A program made the position numbers and the translations under genes. Shown piece by piece: positions 28,277-38,370 of a stretch of DNA of 64,000 nt. The stretch is taken from the NCBI GenBank assembly GCA_048938895.1, contig JBHLLU010000012.1:8642-72641 (forward strand). Direction: 5' to 3'. This DNA is from Promethearchaeota archaeon. Lineage in GTDB: Archaea; Asgardarchaeota; Lokiarchaeia; Sigyniarchaeales; SOKP01. Under the pieces are notes generated by a model. That model was not told the DNA's origin, did no database searches, and was given only the letters and a program-made list of their open reading frames with translations. Position 1 is the stretch's first letter, and each line of letters opens with the position of its first letter.

Positions 28277-29563
28277 TCAATAAAATAAATCTTTTATTTT
28301 AGCATTTAATAGAAGTTGAATCTTTCTTACAGGAATTCTTGTATCTTCACTAATTTTTCGAATATCTTCGTATTCAGGCTTTATATTTACTATTTCTTTC
28401 CCATTTTCTAATTCAACAAAGGAGATCTTAAAATTAACATCATATTTCTTCTCTTGAATTTCGATCGTCCTTTTTTCAATAGTTCTATCAATGCAAACTC
28501 TATTTGTTACGCTATATCTTACCCCCAATGTTCCTAATTCATGTATAATTTTTTCGATTAGTTCAAAAGTATATTTTGGGACACATAAAATCTTTATCAT
28601 ATGACTAGGACGATTCTTTTTAGTGTAACTTGGTAAAATTTGTAGATCTAAGATATTTTCATTATTCAACTCACTGAAAAGATTACCTAGTATTTCTCCT
28701 GATACATCATCAACATTAGTTTCTAAAATCGATACTTTTTCATTATATTTCTGCAATGGGTGTGTCTCAATAGAAGATTGGAATTCATTATACTCCCCAA
28801 CAAATACTCGCAAGGTATTCTGAAAATCTTTAAATTCTTTTTGCCCTGTACTATAAGCTGACCTCTTAATCATCATTTCCGGAAGAAATTCTCGGTATTT
28901 GGGATTCAAATTTGCTAATAAGGCAATTCCTGTAGGTGTCACCAATTCAGATTCTATAGGTCCACCAATGGTTATTAGCTTCGACTTTTCTAGAATCTTC
29001 AAGGTTGCTGGAGCAGGAATAGGTAAAATTCCGTGGGCAGTATCAATACTACCACCACCTAATGGTATCTTACTATAATAAATCTTCAGGTCTTTGTTAA
29101 AATAATCGATTTTCTCTAACGCACGAGATACACCTAAAATGTCTATTAACGTGTCAACTGAGCTAAGTTCATGTAAATGAACTTTGTTAACTAATTCACC
29201 ATGTACTTCCGCTTCTGCCTGAATTAATGAATTTAAAACTTGATTAGCATATGCTTTTGCTAGTTTAGAAAATTTATTTTCATCCAAAAATCTGTTAAGA
29301 GCTTTAATTAGAGTTTGGGTTGATCTATGATTTCTGTTCTCTTTGATTTCAATTGTTAATTGGTTAATTAGAATTCCTGATCTTGATATCTTATTTAAGA
29401 AAATATTTAATTTGGAAATCCCAGGTAAATATTCTTTTAACTTTCTTAATTCGTCTAAAATTATTTCTGCCTTGGGAACTATCCCTAAAAGAGATGCCAA
29501 AAGCATATCTCCGGAAATTCCAGAATTATTCAAGTCAAAATAAATTATCTTCATATTTCTCAT
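28277..29563 (-). CDS. larC: nickel-pincer cofactor biosynthesis protein LarC (nickel insertase)
   Basis: SGISGDM, AEAEVHG...HLHE, AHGILPIPAPAT, ELVTPTG, LETNVDD, KKNRP, TLGVR and KPEYED motifs. Confidence 0.92.
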   Translation of the reverse strand: MRNMKIIYFDLNNSGISGDMLLASLLGIVPKAEIILDELRKLKEYLPGISKLNIFLNKISRSGILINQLTIEIKENRNHRSTQTLIKALNRFLDENKFSKLAKAYANQVLNSLIQAEAEVHGELVNKVHLHELSSVDTLIDILGVSRALEKIDYFNKDLKIYYSKIPLGGGSIDTAHGILPIPAPATLKILEKSKLITIGGPIESELVTPTGIALLANLNPKYREFLPEMMIKRSAYSTGQKEFKDFQNTLRVFVGEYNEFQSSIETHPLQKYNEKVSILETNVDDVSGEILGNLFSELNNENILDLQILPSYTKKNRPSHMIKILCVPKYTFELIEKIIHELGTLGVRYSVTNRVCIDRTIEKRTIEIQEKKYDVNFKISFVELENGKEIVNIKPEYEDIRKISEDTRIPVRKIQLLLNAKIKDLFY

Positions 29564-29700
29564 TTGCTTGGTAATAAGATAATACTCTTTAGTAAGAAGT
29601 ACTAATAATATTTTATGGTAATATATTTATAATATAGGATTACTTCACTTATTTTATATTATTTACAATTAAAGGAAATTCATAAAAGTAGGTTTTTCAC

Positions 29701-30405
29701 ATGTATTGCTATAAATGTGGGTCTAAAATTCCTGATAATGCTCATTTTTGTCCCTTTTGTGGAGAAATCTTAGATAAAGAAGATTCACTTTCGAAGCCGG
29801 TTCCAGTAAGAGAAACAACTGTTATGGAGTCTGATCTTAAACTCTCTCTAGGTGGTTTTAATGAATATGTTTCATCTACTCCTTATATTCGTAAAAGTAT
29901 TAATCTATTTATCGAAAATACAGGCACTTCTCCTAAGTACCAGATCACAATTCAACTTTCTGGCCCCCCACAAATCCAAATTTCTCCTATATCTAAGAAG
30001 TTTCGTGTAGTAGGAAGTCACTTAACAAAAAGAGCAACTTTCCAAATATTACCTAAAGAAGTAGGTAATTTTACATTAAATGCTACATTATTTTATGAGT
30101 CTGGTCAATCTTTGGTATTGCCAATTAATTTAAAGGTTGAACCCTCAAGTTTTGCACCTCAGGAGTCGTATAGGACTGCTTCAGCGTCTTCAAAAGGAAA
30201 TGCTTTTTTAGCCATTGCAATCGTGTTTGGAATAGTTTCACTTATGTTAATAGGTTTTGGGATACCAGTAGCTTTTAATTCCCTTTCTGCAGGATTAACA
30301 ATGATTGTAATAGGAATAATATTGCTTGCCATAGCAAGTCAAGGTAAATGTTTCCTTTGTTTTCTTGGATGTGATAGTTGTGATGGATGTGATTGTGATT
30401 GTTAG
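29701..30405 (+). CDS. zinc-ribbon membrane protein with Ig-like middle domain and Cys/Asp tail
   Basis: YCYKCG...FCPFCG, IENTG-type beta domain, two TM helices and terminal CFLCFLGCDSCDGCDCDC. Confidence 0.7.
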   Translation: MYCYKCGSKIPDNAHFCPFCGEILDKEDSLSKPVPVRETTVMESDLKLSLGGFNEYVSSTPYIRKSINLFIENTGTSPKYQITIQLSGPPQIQISPISKKFRVVGSHLTKRATFQILPKEVGNFTLNATLFYESGQSLVLPINLKVEPSSFAPQESYRTASASSKGNAFLAIAIVFGIVSLMLIGFGIPVAFNSLSAGLTMIVIGIILLAIASQGKCFLCFLGCDSCDGCDCDC

Positions 30406-30429
30406 ATTTTACTCAATAAATATATACTT

Positions 30430-30897
30430 ATGAACTTAAGAAACCAAAAGTGGATAATTATTAAAAATAATAAAATAGTTTTAGACTGGTTAGCTCATCA
30501 TAATCCGCAACGTGAAGATTTTGATGATCATGTTATTTATATATTCAAGTATGCTGTGTGTATAGGGTGCTTTGCTTTTGTTTTAGGAGCAGTCATCACA
30601 TTAATTCTGTGCAACTTATTTTATACATATATTGTTAATTCTATTAGTTTCATTTTCGTTCTTACTTTCTTCTTTATCTGCTGGATCCCTTCATTATTAC
30701 AGTATTATATTCAAATAATTACAAAAAAATCTTTTAAGAATCGAGTTATCAAATTTACAAGTCGTATTCTTTTTCCTATTGGGGGAATTTTCTTAATTTT
30801 TAAATCTCCAATATTAGGGTTCAGTATTTCAATTCCTGCGGGGTATTTTATAGTCTTTATCAGGAAACTTAAAAATAAAGCATTGATTAACAAATAA
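30430..30897 (+). CDS. membrane protein with HH...CxxC motif (DUF2085-like)
   Basis: WLAHHNP...H...VCIGCF followed by 3-4 TM helices. Confidence 0.55.
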   Translation: MNLRNQKWIIIKNNKIVLDWLAHHNPQREDFDDHVIYIFKYAVCIGCFAFVLGAVITLILCNLFYTYIVNSISFIFVLTFFFICWIPSLLQYYIQIITKKSFKNRVIKFTSRILFPIGGIFLIFKSPILGFSISIPAGYFIVFIRKLKNKALINK

Positions 30898-31050
30898 ATT
30901 TTTAATCAATTCTCGAATGAAATATTCCTGTTTTAACCTCCCTTCACAAATCCAAGAATTAAAGTGATAACAATTTTATAAGTAAAATATCTATTTATTA
31001 ATATTGAGAATAATTAAAAACAAATCTAAATTTAAAGTTAGGGTACACAA

Positions 31051-31788
31051 ATGAGCTCAGAACTACAAACAATAAAATGTTACATGAATCAATTACCCGC
31101 AACGATATTAAAGATATTAAATGTGGAGCCTCCTCAAAAAGGAATTCCAAAACCTGTACAGGAGGTTTTAAATCTATATAGTAGTGTAGAAAGAATTAGT
31201 ATTAATCTAATTGACAACATGGGCCTCTTTGAAATAACTTACATGAAACCCCAGTTTATGATTAGTAATTCTGAAGTGATGCTATTGCTAAGTACGAGAA
31301 ACCCTTATACTTTAGGTGTCTTACATCAATTAATATATGGTGGTTTTGATGTAGAACAGAATGGATTCCATCTATTAAAGTATTTAAACAGAAATGAGAA
31401 ATCCTCATGTTTTATTGGGCGTAAAAAGGATCTAGATCGTTATGACGGGGGTACAAAATCTATCCCAAAAGATTCTGATATGAGTACGTGGGTGGAATCA
31501 GCAAAAGTTATTAATAATTATCACCTTTCATGGATGCATTATTTGGATTTTGAGAATCTCCATAAACAACAGCAGCAATTAAAACAGAGAACACCAGAAG
31601 ATTTAATAGAAAAATTGATCAATCGAACAGATAAATGGATTTTAAGTAATTACAAACAATTAAGAAAGAATTCACTTATGATAATAATCGGAGATCACGG
31701 AAGAAGTAAATTAAATTTAGAGTATTCTGGAAAAATTGCCCAATGGCGAGAAGCAAGTGTACCTATAGCAATTTTTATAAGAAAATAA
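31051..31788 (+). CDS. alkaline-phosphatase-superfamily-like protein
   Basis: LIDNMG, HYLDFE..H and IIIGDHG motifs. Confidence 0.5.
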   Translation: MSSELQTIKCYMNQLPATILKILNVEPPQKGIPKPVQEVLNLYSSVERISINLIDNMGLFEITYMKPQFMISNSEVMLLLSTRNPYTLGVLHQLIYGGFDVEQNGFHLLKYLNRNEKSSCFIGRKKDLDRYDGGTKSIPKDSDMSTWVESAKVINNYHLSWMHYLDFENLHKQQQQLKQRTPEDLIEKLINRTDKWILSNYKQLRKNSLMIIIGDHGRSKLNLEYSGKIAQWREASVPIAIFIRK

Positions 31789-31823
31789 TTATATTCTGTT
31801 TTTAAAAAAAGTTGTTTGTTAAA

Positions 31824-32357
31824 ATGGAAGAATATAAAAGATTTACAGTTTCACTTTCTGAAAAATTATATGAACAGTTTGAGATTTTTAGAAATAAACT
31901 AGGAATGTCGAGATCTGATGCGATCCGAAAAGCAATGCATACTTTCATGGTTAGTGAAGACAATGTCTCAATAAGCTCGGAAAATGTTGTCGGGTGCATA
32001 ACAATTATCATGGCTCATGAACATCCGGATGTAAAACAGGAAGAACATTCCCATAATTCTTCTCACACGGCCGATCATGAACATGATTATACTTCTCATA
32101 CAATGTATGCGAGTGTTCAACAAACAGATGAAATATTAAAAATTGATATCCAACATCATTTCTTTGATATAATAATTTCCACTATGCATATCCATTTAGA
32201 ATATGGGAAATGCTTAGAAATTATTGCAGTTTCAGGTCCATATCATCGAGTAAAAACACTAAAGGAGCGTTTACAACGCTTAAAAAGTGTAATTTCCGTT
32301 GGATTTTTTATAATTGACAAAGATCCACAGCCAGAAACAAAGAAAGAGGAAAAATAA
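31824..32357 (+). CDS. nikR: nickel-responsive ribbon-helix-helix regulator NikR with His-rich insert
   Basis: RFTVSL...SRSDAIR RHH domain; QHH and HIHL...CLE nickel ligands. Confidence 0.85.
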   Translation: MEEYKRFTVSLSEKLYEQFEIFRNKLGMSRSDAIRKAMHTFMVSEDNVSISSENVVGCITIIMAHEHPDVKQEEHSHNSSHTADHEHDYTSHTMYASVQQTDEILKIDIQHHFFDIIISTMHIHLEYGKCLEIIAVSGPYHRVKTLKERLQRLKSVISVGFFIIDKDPQPETKKEEK

Positions 32358-32583
32358 GAATAATAAATTCCAATTCTCGAGAAAGAGTCCAAGGTATAAG
32401 GCGATTTGGGAAGGAATTTTTATTCTTTATTTATTGTGGTTGTGTGTGTAGTTAAGATAGAGAATAAAATTGTATCCATTTAAAACCAAATACACTGTCA
32501 GATTTGTGATACTGACTTTGTATCAAACTCACAAAATTAGAGATCAAAAAAAAAACATAAAATTAAAGATTTAAACAAGAAAC

Positions 32584-32781
32584 CTATAAATCTTTTTCTT
32601 GTACCGTCTTTCTATTATTAGCCTTAGCCCTTCCAATAGCTTTGTCAAGGATTTCGATAATTGCATCGTTAAGTGCTGGACCATCTATCAAATCCCCACT
32701 TGTATTGCAACCCTTACCTTTAATATATTCTCGAACCTTACTTTTCACAAAAAGGGCTTCCACAGCTGCTTTTTTAGCCAT
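32584..32781 (-). CDS. small histone-fold protein (face-to-face/Bd0055-like class)
   Basis: LFVKSKVREYIK...NTS...L...I..IL.KA..RAKANNRKTV..KDL; strong GGAGG SD upstream. Confidence 0.8.
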   Translation of the reverse strand: MAKKAAVEALFVKSKVREYIKGKGCNTSGDLIDGPALNDAIIEILDKAIGRAKANNRKTVQEKDL

Positions 32782-33237
32782 TTTTATATTCCTCCAATTA
32801 TGATTTTAAAGTGTTTTAGATAAATTCTATTTTAAATATTAATCTATCATTCTTATTTTTAAACTTTAAGGTCTGATCATCTTAAACGATGAATAAAATA
32901 GCTCTAATTCCAATATTTGTAATTTGATAAATCTATAAAAATTGGGCCATATTTTACATTTATTCATTTTTTCAGTAAGATAATTCAATTTCCAAGGAAA
33001 GGGACGTCTTAGATTTATTAGTTTGAATTTCTTTGGGGTGTTAGCTGTTCTTTCTATCATAAAAATGGAATTAAGTACCGATCTGGGTTAAATAATTTTT
33101 AATAGTTCAAAGGATCTTACAAAAAATTATCATATTAATGAGTTCCATCTTTTCATATTCTACCTAAATTATGTCAATTTTTTGGGAGGAAACTGCTTAT
33201 TTAAAATGGGATTATACTATTATCTAATTGATATATC

Positions 33238-34236
33238 TTGGGAAAGATGATATTCGCAAGAGCCCCGGTTCGTATATGTGACATTGGTGGGTGGACTGAT
33301 ACGTGGTTTTACCAAAAGGGAGCTGTATTTAATATGGCCATTGCTCTCTATAGTCATGTTAAAATCTCTCGGACAAATTCTAGTAAGATAAAAATTATTT
33401 CAGAGAACCTCAATTTGCAAACACAAATTAATGATATTGAAAAGATACAATATGATGGGAATCTTGATTTATTAAAAGCTGCAGTTAAGAGAATGGATAT
33501 TGAAATAGGATTAGATATATTTGTTAGAACAGAAGCACCCCCCGGTTGTGGAACAGGCACAAGTGCAAGCGTAGCGGTTGCTTTATTAGCAGCTTTGAGT
33601 CATTTTTCAAACAAAAACCTAAAACCTGTCGAGATTGCCACATTAGCTCATAAACTTGAGACTGAGGAATTGAAGTTAGAGAGTGGGGTTCAAGATCAGT
33701 TTGCAGCAGCATACGGAGGAATAAATCTTATGGAAATTACCTATCCTGAAGTAACTATGATACCACTTGATATTAAAGACAGTATGATAAAAAATTTAGA
33801 AAAACATCTTATATTAGTGTTTCTTAATTCACGAAGTTCAAGTGAAATGCATAAAGCAGTAATTAATAATTATCAGAAAGGACATAGCACCACTCTAACA
33901 TCATTTGAAACAATCAAAAACTGTGCTTATGAAATGAAGGAAGCAATTCAAAACGATGATCTCAATTTTATAGGAGAAGTAATGAATAAGAACTGGAAAG
34001 CTCAAAAAAAGTTGCACAAACTGATGGTTAACTCTGTTATAAATAAGTTAGAACATATAGCCATTAAAAATCGGGCATTAGGTTTTAAATTGAATGGTGC
34101 TGGAGGTGGAGGATCTGCTACAATTTTAGCTAATATAGGTGAGGAATATATCCTAAAACAAGAGTTAATAAAGAACGGCTTCCAAATACTCCCTATAAGG
34201 TTAGATTTTATGGGTGTTCAAACATGGGTTACTTAA
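33238..34236 (+). CDS. GHMP-family sugar kinase (HddA/fucokinase-like)
   Basis: RAPVRI..GGWTD, PPGCGTGTS, SGVQDQ and KLNGAGGGG motifs. Confidence 0.88.
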   Translation: MGKMIFARAPVRICDIGGWTDTWFYQKGAVFNMAIALYSHVKISRTNSSKIKIISENLNLQTQINDIEKIQYDGNLDLLKAAVKRMDIEIGLDIFVRTEAPPGCGTGTSASVAVALLAALSHFSNKNLKPVEIATLAHKLETEELKLESGVQDQFAAAYGGINLMEITYPEVTMIPLDIKDSMIKNLEKHLILVFLNSRSSSEMHKAVINNYQKGHSTTLTSFETIKNCAYEMKEAIQNDDLNFIGEVMNKNWKAQKKLHKLMVNSVINKLEHIAIKNRALGFKLNGAGGGGSATILANIGEEYILKQELIKNGFQILPIRLDFMGVQTWVT

Positions 34237-34312
34237 TTTTACGGAGGCTATTTCTATAAAGATTATTGGGTAAAACTATGTCCTTTTTATACTTTAGATG
34301 TAAAATATTTAT

Positions 34313-35119
34313 ATGATTATAGAAGATCAAGCATTATTTCCCTCTAAAACTAAAAGATATAATGAGTGCTCATTAATACACAACTTATTTGTTTTTAATA
34401 AGTCTGGTATTTGTTTTTATGGTCGAAATTTTACAGATCATATTAAAGTTGAGAAAAATCTAATTTCCCCTTTTATTACAGCACTAATGACTTTTGCTAA
34501 GGAAATGCTCAAGAAAAAATTTAAAATTATAGAAATGGAAGACATTAAAATTGTAATATTTGAAAAGAATTCAATCTATTACGGAGTATTATGCGATTCA
34601 TTTGAGAATTTGACAGTATTAGAAGAAATTGTTAAAAGAATCCATCAAAAAATAATGTCCTATCTCATCAAAAATAATGTCAATATAAACGCCGAAGTTA
34701 TTTATAATCATGAATTAAATAGACTCATTGAAGAGGTTATTAATACGGCCCTAAGTGATGAATTAGGTTCTCAAAAAGAAATAGAAATTATTAACTATCT
34801 ACAAGAGCTTACTTCTACGGATGATATTGAAGGAGTAATCCTTTTAACTGATAGAGCAAAAGTGATTTACTCATCATATAATAGTTTAGAATTAAAAAAA
34901 TTTCTGAAGGAACTCGAATTCCGGGTAAAGATTTATAATAATTCAATTTTGAAGCTATATTATACCTTTAAAGACAAAAAGTTTATTTTTTCCGAATATG
35001 TGCTTGATACTTATTTTATTATTTTAGTATTTAATTCAAATGTAAAATTTGGATTAGCTGAGCATTATTTAACTAAATCAGTAGACAAAATAAGAACAAC
35101 AATTTCAGATTTAGAATAA
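34313..35119 (+). CDS. Asgard longin-like plus roadblock/profilin-like two-domain protein
   Basis: LFVFNKSGICFY...LISPFITALMTFAKE...IEMEDIKIV (longin-like), then DIEGVILLTDRAKVIYSS (roadblock-like). Confidence 0.6.
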   Translation: MIIEDQALFPSKTKRYNECSLIHNLFVFNKSGICFYGRNFTDHIKVEKNLISPFITALMTFAKEMLKKKFKIIEMEDIKIVIFEKNSIYYGVLCDSFENLTVLEEIVKRIHQKIMSYLIKNNVNINAEVIYNHELNRLIEEVINTALSDELGSQKEIEIINYLQELTSTDDIEGVILLTDRAKVIYSSYNSLELKKFLKELEFRVKIYNNSILKLYYTFKDKKFIFSEYVLDTYFIILVFNSNVKFGLAEHYLTKSVDKIRTTISDLE

Positions 35120-35275
35120 TTAAAAACTGAATATTCTTAATAATTTTAAGTTATAGTAAATTTCATAAAGAGTAGAACTTCAAATTAGATCAATCTAATT
35201 TATTAATTATAAAAGCCAAATTAAAAAATCAATTAACATAAACTTTAAATAAAATTTATCTGAATGTGAAGAAAA

Positions 35276-35779
35276 ATGACAAAATCAGAAGAAAATTTAC
35301 TAGCCGCATTCGCAGGGGAATCCCAGGCTAATAGAAAATATCTAGCCTTTGCTGAAAAAGCAGAAAAGGAAGGATTTTCTCAAGTTGCAAAACTTTTTAG
35401 AGCTGCCGCCGCTGCTGAAACCGTTCATGCTCATAACCACTTAAGAGAACTTGGAGGTATTAAATCAACTAAAGAAAATATTAAAGAGGCTATAGAAGGA
35501 GAACATTATGAATTTACTAGTATGTATCCTGAATTCATTAAAAATGCGAAATCCGAAAATAATAAAGGTGCTGAAAGAACATTTAATTACGCAAATGAAG
35601 TAGAAATAATCCATCATAAATTATACGAATCTGCTCTTGAAGCTGTTGAAAGCGGTAAAGACATAGAGAAAAATGATATTTATATATGTCCTGTTTGCGG
35701 TTATACTCATGAAGGAGAACCACCAGAGAAATGCCCTGTCTGTGGAGCATTGAAAAAAGTATTTAAAGAGATAATTTAA
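35276..35779 (+). CDS. rbr: rubrerythrin
   Basis: AFAGESQANRKY, ETVHA, E..MY, E..H and C-terminal CPVCG...CPVCG. Confidence 0.95.
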   Translation: MTKSEENLLAAFAGESQANRKYLAFAEKAEKEGFSQVAKLFRAAAAAETVHAHNHLRELGGIKSTKENIKEAIEGEHYEFTSMYPEFIKNAKSENNKGAERTFNYANEVEIIHHKLYESALEAVESGKDIEKNDIYICPVCGYTHEGEPPEKCPVCGALKKVFKEII

Positions 35780-35807
35780 AGTTTTTTTGTTTTTTTTTCT
35801 TTATTTT
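35780..35807 (+). terminator. archaeal-type oligo(T) terminator after rubrerythrin
   Basis: Consecutive T runs immediately after the stop codon. Confidence 0.4.
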
Positions 35808-37385
35808 TTACCATGGACTGTATCCCTTCTTTATCTGAGCTAAGTATTGGTCAAATGAGAAGTGATGCTTTTTTTCCGCTGCTTTTAAAGCTCCAAAATT
35901 CGCTCCCTTATTATAGTAATATATAAGGAGATCTGAGACTTCTTCATTTCCAATGGAAATTAATGTCTGAAGTCGGGCATTCTTAATAATAGATCGATAA
36001 TTAACGAATTTTAGTTTTATAGATTGTACTTCTTTTAACTCCTCTTCTAATTTTTGATATTTTTGATTTAATTTGTGTATTTCATTTTTAAAATAAAAGT
36101 CAACCTCTTTCTCATATGGTGTATTTAATTTTGGGATGAAAGGATTTATATTTACCCTTAATGTGTTGAATTCAAAGCCCAATTTATCAATTGACTTTAA
36201 TAAAATAACTATTTCATCAATGTCTTCTTCACTTTCGTTAGGCAAGCCAATTAAAAAATAGAATTTCACATTCTTTATTTTTGATTTTCTGATTTGAGAT
36301 AAAACAGATAAAATTTTTTCATTTGATATTCTTTTGCCTAAAGAGTATCTCAATTTTTCAGATCCTGCCTCTGGAGCAACAGTGATAGTTTTTATTCCTC
36401 CAATTTCAAGTAATTGAATAATATCAGGAGTGATGTGATCAATCCTTAATGATGGTAAAGCTAATCTTTTCTTTTTATTTATTATATATTCACAGATCTG
36501 TTTGAATTTAGGATGTGAGGAGATACAAGACCCAATAAGGCTTATTGTCTCAAAATTTGAGTTTTCCAAAGCGTTATCAATCACTTCGAGGACATTCTCA
36601 TAACTTCTATTTCTAAAGGGGGAATTATGAAATGATGAAATACAGAACTTACATTGATAAGGGCAACCTCTGTTTACTTCAATAAAAAAATATTTCTCAA
36701 GAATCGATTTTTCTAAAGAGGTCTTAGAGAGTAATTGATAGATTGGCACGGGAGAATTGTCTAGATTTTCGAGGACAGTCCTCTTTGCTTTATTTTTTAA
36801 TAATGGTATAAATATACCTTCTATTTTTTGAGCTAGATTCAAGAATTCTAAATAAGAAATCTTCTGTTCTTTAAATTTTTTGAATAATTGAAAAAATTGT
36901 TCTAAATTAGGTTCTGCGTCCCCGAGAAAAACTAGATCAAAAATTTTACTTATTGAAATTGGATTAGATGTAATTACAGGTCCACCCCCAATGATTAAAG
37001 GCAATTCTTCGTATTTCGTAGATTCTTCTTCTCGTCGTTCGACATAAGTAAAAGGAATATTTGCTTTCTCCAAAATCCAAAGCATATTTTTAAAATCATT
37101 CTCAAAATGAAATGAAAACCCTAATATGTCAAAATCTCGTGGTAGGATATGGTTTTCAATAGAACGTATACTCCCTATTGGTGTAGGATCAATAATTGCA
37201 GGAAATTTTATCTTTTCTGGTAAAAAAATTCTCTCACAAGCAATATTTTTAAATGAATTGATTAAATGATAGAGTAGTCTAATTGAATAAGATGACATCC
37301 CAATCTTATATATACTGGGATAGATCAATCCAAAAGAGAAATCTATTGTACGCCAGTCTTTTATAATAAAATTTTCAAAAGACAT
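35808..37385 (-). CDS. radical SAM protein with B12-binding-like N-terminus
   Basis: RGCPYQCKFC, GGP...NP, APEAGSEKLR, YFLIGLP.E and FIPK motifs. Confidence 0.88.
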   Translation of the reverse strand: MSFENFIIKDWRTIDFSFGLIYPSIYKIGMSSYSIRLLYHLINSFKNIACERIFLPEKIKFPAIIDPTPIGSIRSIENHILPRDFDILGFSFHFENDFKNMLWILEKANIPFTYVERREEESTKYEELPLIIGGGPVITSNPISISKIFDLVFLGDAEPNLEQFFQLFKKFKEQKISYLEFLNLAQKIEGIFIPLLKNKAKRTVLENLDNSPVPIYQLLSKTSLEKSILEKYFFIEVNRGCPYQCKFCISSFHNSPFRNRSYENVLEVIDNALENSNFETISLIGSCISSHPKFKQICEYIINKKKRLALPSLRIDHITPDIIQLLEIGGIKTITVAPEAGSEKLRYSLGKRISNEKILSVLSQIRKSKIKNVKFYFLIGLPNESEEDIDEIVILLKSIDKLGFEFNTLRVNINPFIPKLNTPYEKEVDFYFKNEIHKLNQKYQKLEEELKEVQSIKLKFVNYRSIIKNARLQTLISIGNEEVSDLLIYYYNKGANFGALKAAEKKHHFSFDQYLAQIKKGYSPW

Positions 37386-37394
37386 ATATATATT

Positions 37395-38177
37395 TTATCC
37401 AGATTCATGTTCAATTTTAATATTTTTAATTTCTTTTACAATTAATGGTAATACAATTCCTGTTTTTTGAGTTAAGACAATCTCCGCTTTATCATCTAAA
37501 TACGTAGGTTGATCATTAACAATTATTAATTTTCCTCCAGCATTAAGAGTATATAGTGGCAAATCACAAATCGGTGCTACTGTTAATGACGATCCGGCGA
37601 TTAACATAACATCTGTTTTTTTTGCTAAATCTATTGACATATACTTTTCAAATTTTGGGAGATCCTCGCCAAATAGCACAACAGAAGGTTTTAAAGGTGC
37701 ACCACAATAATCACAACCAGGTTCAGTTTTCCTAATTCTCTTTAATTTATTTAATACTTGTTCTTTAGTATAGCTTGCTCGACAACCAAGGCAAGAAAAT
37801 CTATTGATATTTCCATGCACCTCATATACTATTACAGCACCAGCTTTTTGATGTAATCCATCTATATTTTGAGTAATAATCGCTTTTATTATTTTCATTT
37901 TTTCGAGTTCAGCAAGGGCAAAATGACCTGGATTAGGTTCAGCATTAAACAAAGTTGGTGCAAGATCTTCAGCCATTTTCCAAAATTTGGAAGGATCTTT
38001 TAGAAAAGATTCTATATTACCATAAATTTCTGGTTTATATTTTTCCCAAATTCCCCCTTCTCCCCTAAAATCGGGAATACCTGATTCTGTTGAAATTCCT
38101 GCTCCAGTAAGTACAATAGAATGCTTTGAATTCAACAGTAACTCTGCTGCTTTTTTAATATTTTCTTCTTCACTCAT
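37395..38177 (-). CDS. cobB: NAD-dependent protein deacylase (sirtuin)
   Basis: GAGISTESGIPDFRG, TQNIDGLH, HG, two CxxC and VVLFGE motifs. Confidence 0.93.
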   Translation of the reverse strand: MSEEENIKKAAELLLNSKHSIVLTGAGISTESGIPDFRGEGGIWEKYKPEIYGNIESFLKDPSKFWKMAEDLAPTLFNAEPNPGHFALAELEKMKIIKAIITQNIDGLHQKAGAVIVYEVHGNINRFSCLGCRASYTKEQVLNKLKRIRKTEPGCDYCGAPLKPSVVLFGEDLPKFEKYMSIDLAKKTDVMLIAGSSLTVAPICDLPLYTLNAGGKLIIVNDQPTYLDDKAEIVLTQKTGIVLPLIVKEIKNIKIEHESG

Positions 38178-38370
38178 TTTCAGTTTGAAAAATTAAGGGC
38201 ACTTCTCTTATTTAATTTTTTAAGAGTAATATAGCTAATAAATTTATATATAGGATATTAGAAATTTAATAGTTATCAAATCACAAAATTGAAAAAAATT
38301 AAATTTCTTAAAAGTTATTAACCATATAATAGCTCATTAATGATCATATCAACTTCTTAGAGTTTTTTTT

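Noticed and set aside
32503-32535. Hairpin as an analogue of the eukaryotic histone mRNA 3' stem-loop
   Set aside because: An oligo(T) terminator-like run on the histone strand (about 32547-32555) precedes it, and the sequence does not match the eukaryotic consensus
32866-33060. 64-aa ORF upstream of the histone-fold gene
   Set aside because: No motif or clear SD; likely chance ORF in a divergent promoter region
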